Shown here: one piece after another, positions 63,676 through 64,000 of the stretch | Layout: the number at the start of each line of letters is the position of its first letter | Numbering within the stretch: the first letter of the stretch is position 1 | Origin: Vulcanimicrobiota bacterium | Lineage (GTDB): Bacteria; Vulcanimicrobiota; Vulcanimicrobiia; Vulcanimicrobiales; Vulcanimicrobiaceae | DNA: 64,000 bases | Reading direction: 5' to 3' | Assembly: GCA_963777315.1 (NCBI GenBank) | Contig: CAVZQC010000004.1 | Location: 640,001-704,000 of the forward strand | Program-made: the position numbers and the translations under genes | Notes under the pieces: model-generated | Database searches by the model: none | The model's input: only the letters and a program-made list of their open reading frames with translations | What the model was told of the DNA's origin: nothing

Positions 63676-63942
63676 TTACGCTTCGGCTTTGGCGGCGTCG
63701 CGTTTGGCTTTGCGGACGGCGGCTTCTTGCTGTTTCTTTTTGGCGATCTCTTCGCGCTGGCGGAACTTATCGACTCGTCCGGCGGTATCGACGAACTTCT
63801 GCTGGCCCGTGAACAACGGGTGGCATGCCGAACAGATCTCGACGGCGATTTCCGGCATCGTCGAACCGGTCGTAAAGGTGCTCCCGCAGGCGCAATGCAC
63901 TTTGGCCTGGGGGTACCACTTGGGATGGATCTTCTCTTTCAC
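63676..63942 (-). CDS. rpmE: 50S ribosomal protein L31 (Zn-binding form)
   Basis: [33 protein letters not shown]. Confidence 0.98.
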   Translation of the reverse strand: MKEKIHPKWYPQAKVHCACGSTFTTGSTMPEIAVEICSACHPLFTGQQKFVDTAGRVDKFRQREEIAKKKQQEAAVRKAKRDAAKAEA

Positions 63943-63951
63943 AGCCCCATC

Positions 63952-63960
63952 ATTATAACA
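63952..63960 (-). promoter_or_regulatory. Extended -10 promoter of rpmE
   Basis: TGTTATAAT 9 nt before the GTG. Confidence 0.6.
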
Positions 63961-64000
63961 ACGGCGGCAAGGGGGACCCCTACGGCACCTGCTTGCCCGC

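Overview
GC-rich bacterial chromosome segment, mostly housekeeping. It carries Firmicutes-like gene strings (rpmE-prfA-prmC-pyrG; rpsU-yqeY-nfeD-floA-phoH-ybeY-dgkA-cdd-recO-ruvX-mltG-DUF1292; yceD-rpmF-fabH-fabD-fabG-acpP-ffh-rpsP-khpA-rimM; rapZ-yvcK), cbs-cgl, aroA, tadA, RNase P RNA and 9 tRNAs, plus many orphan secreted-type proteins. The overall style suggests a Terrabacteria lineage such as Eremiobacterota; this is a low-confidence inference. Most notable: (1) a 3-gene operon (16.6-18.0 kb) of a lytic transglycosylase plus two paralogous small helical proteins whose C-termini align without gaps to the T3SS needle protein PrgI; (2) a structured 111-bp tandem repeat array built from the 3' end of tRNA-Ser(CGA), lying co-oriented just upstream of an HNH nuclease gene (42.9-44.2 kb); (3) six apparent single-base insertions all in or next to AGCT, probably methylation-linked sequencing errors, which split four genes, falsely fuse rapZ to yvcK and disrupt one tRNA; (4) several translationally coupled ATT/CTG starts, apparent leaderless genes, a tRNA-Arg whose terminal A is the A of the tadA ATG, and an unannotated mini-YqfB. 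All assignments come from reading motifs by eye; no searches were run.
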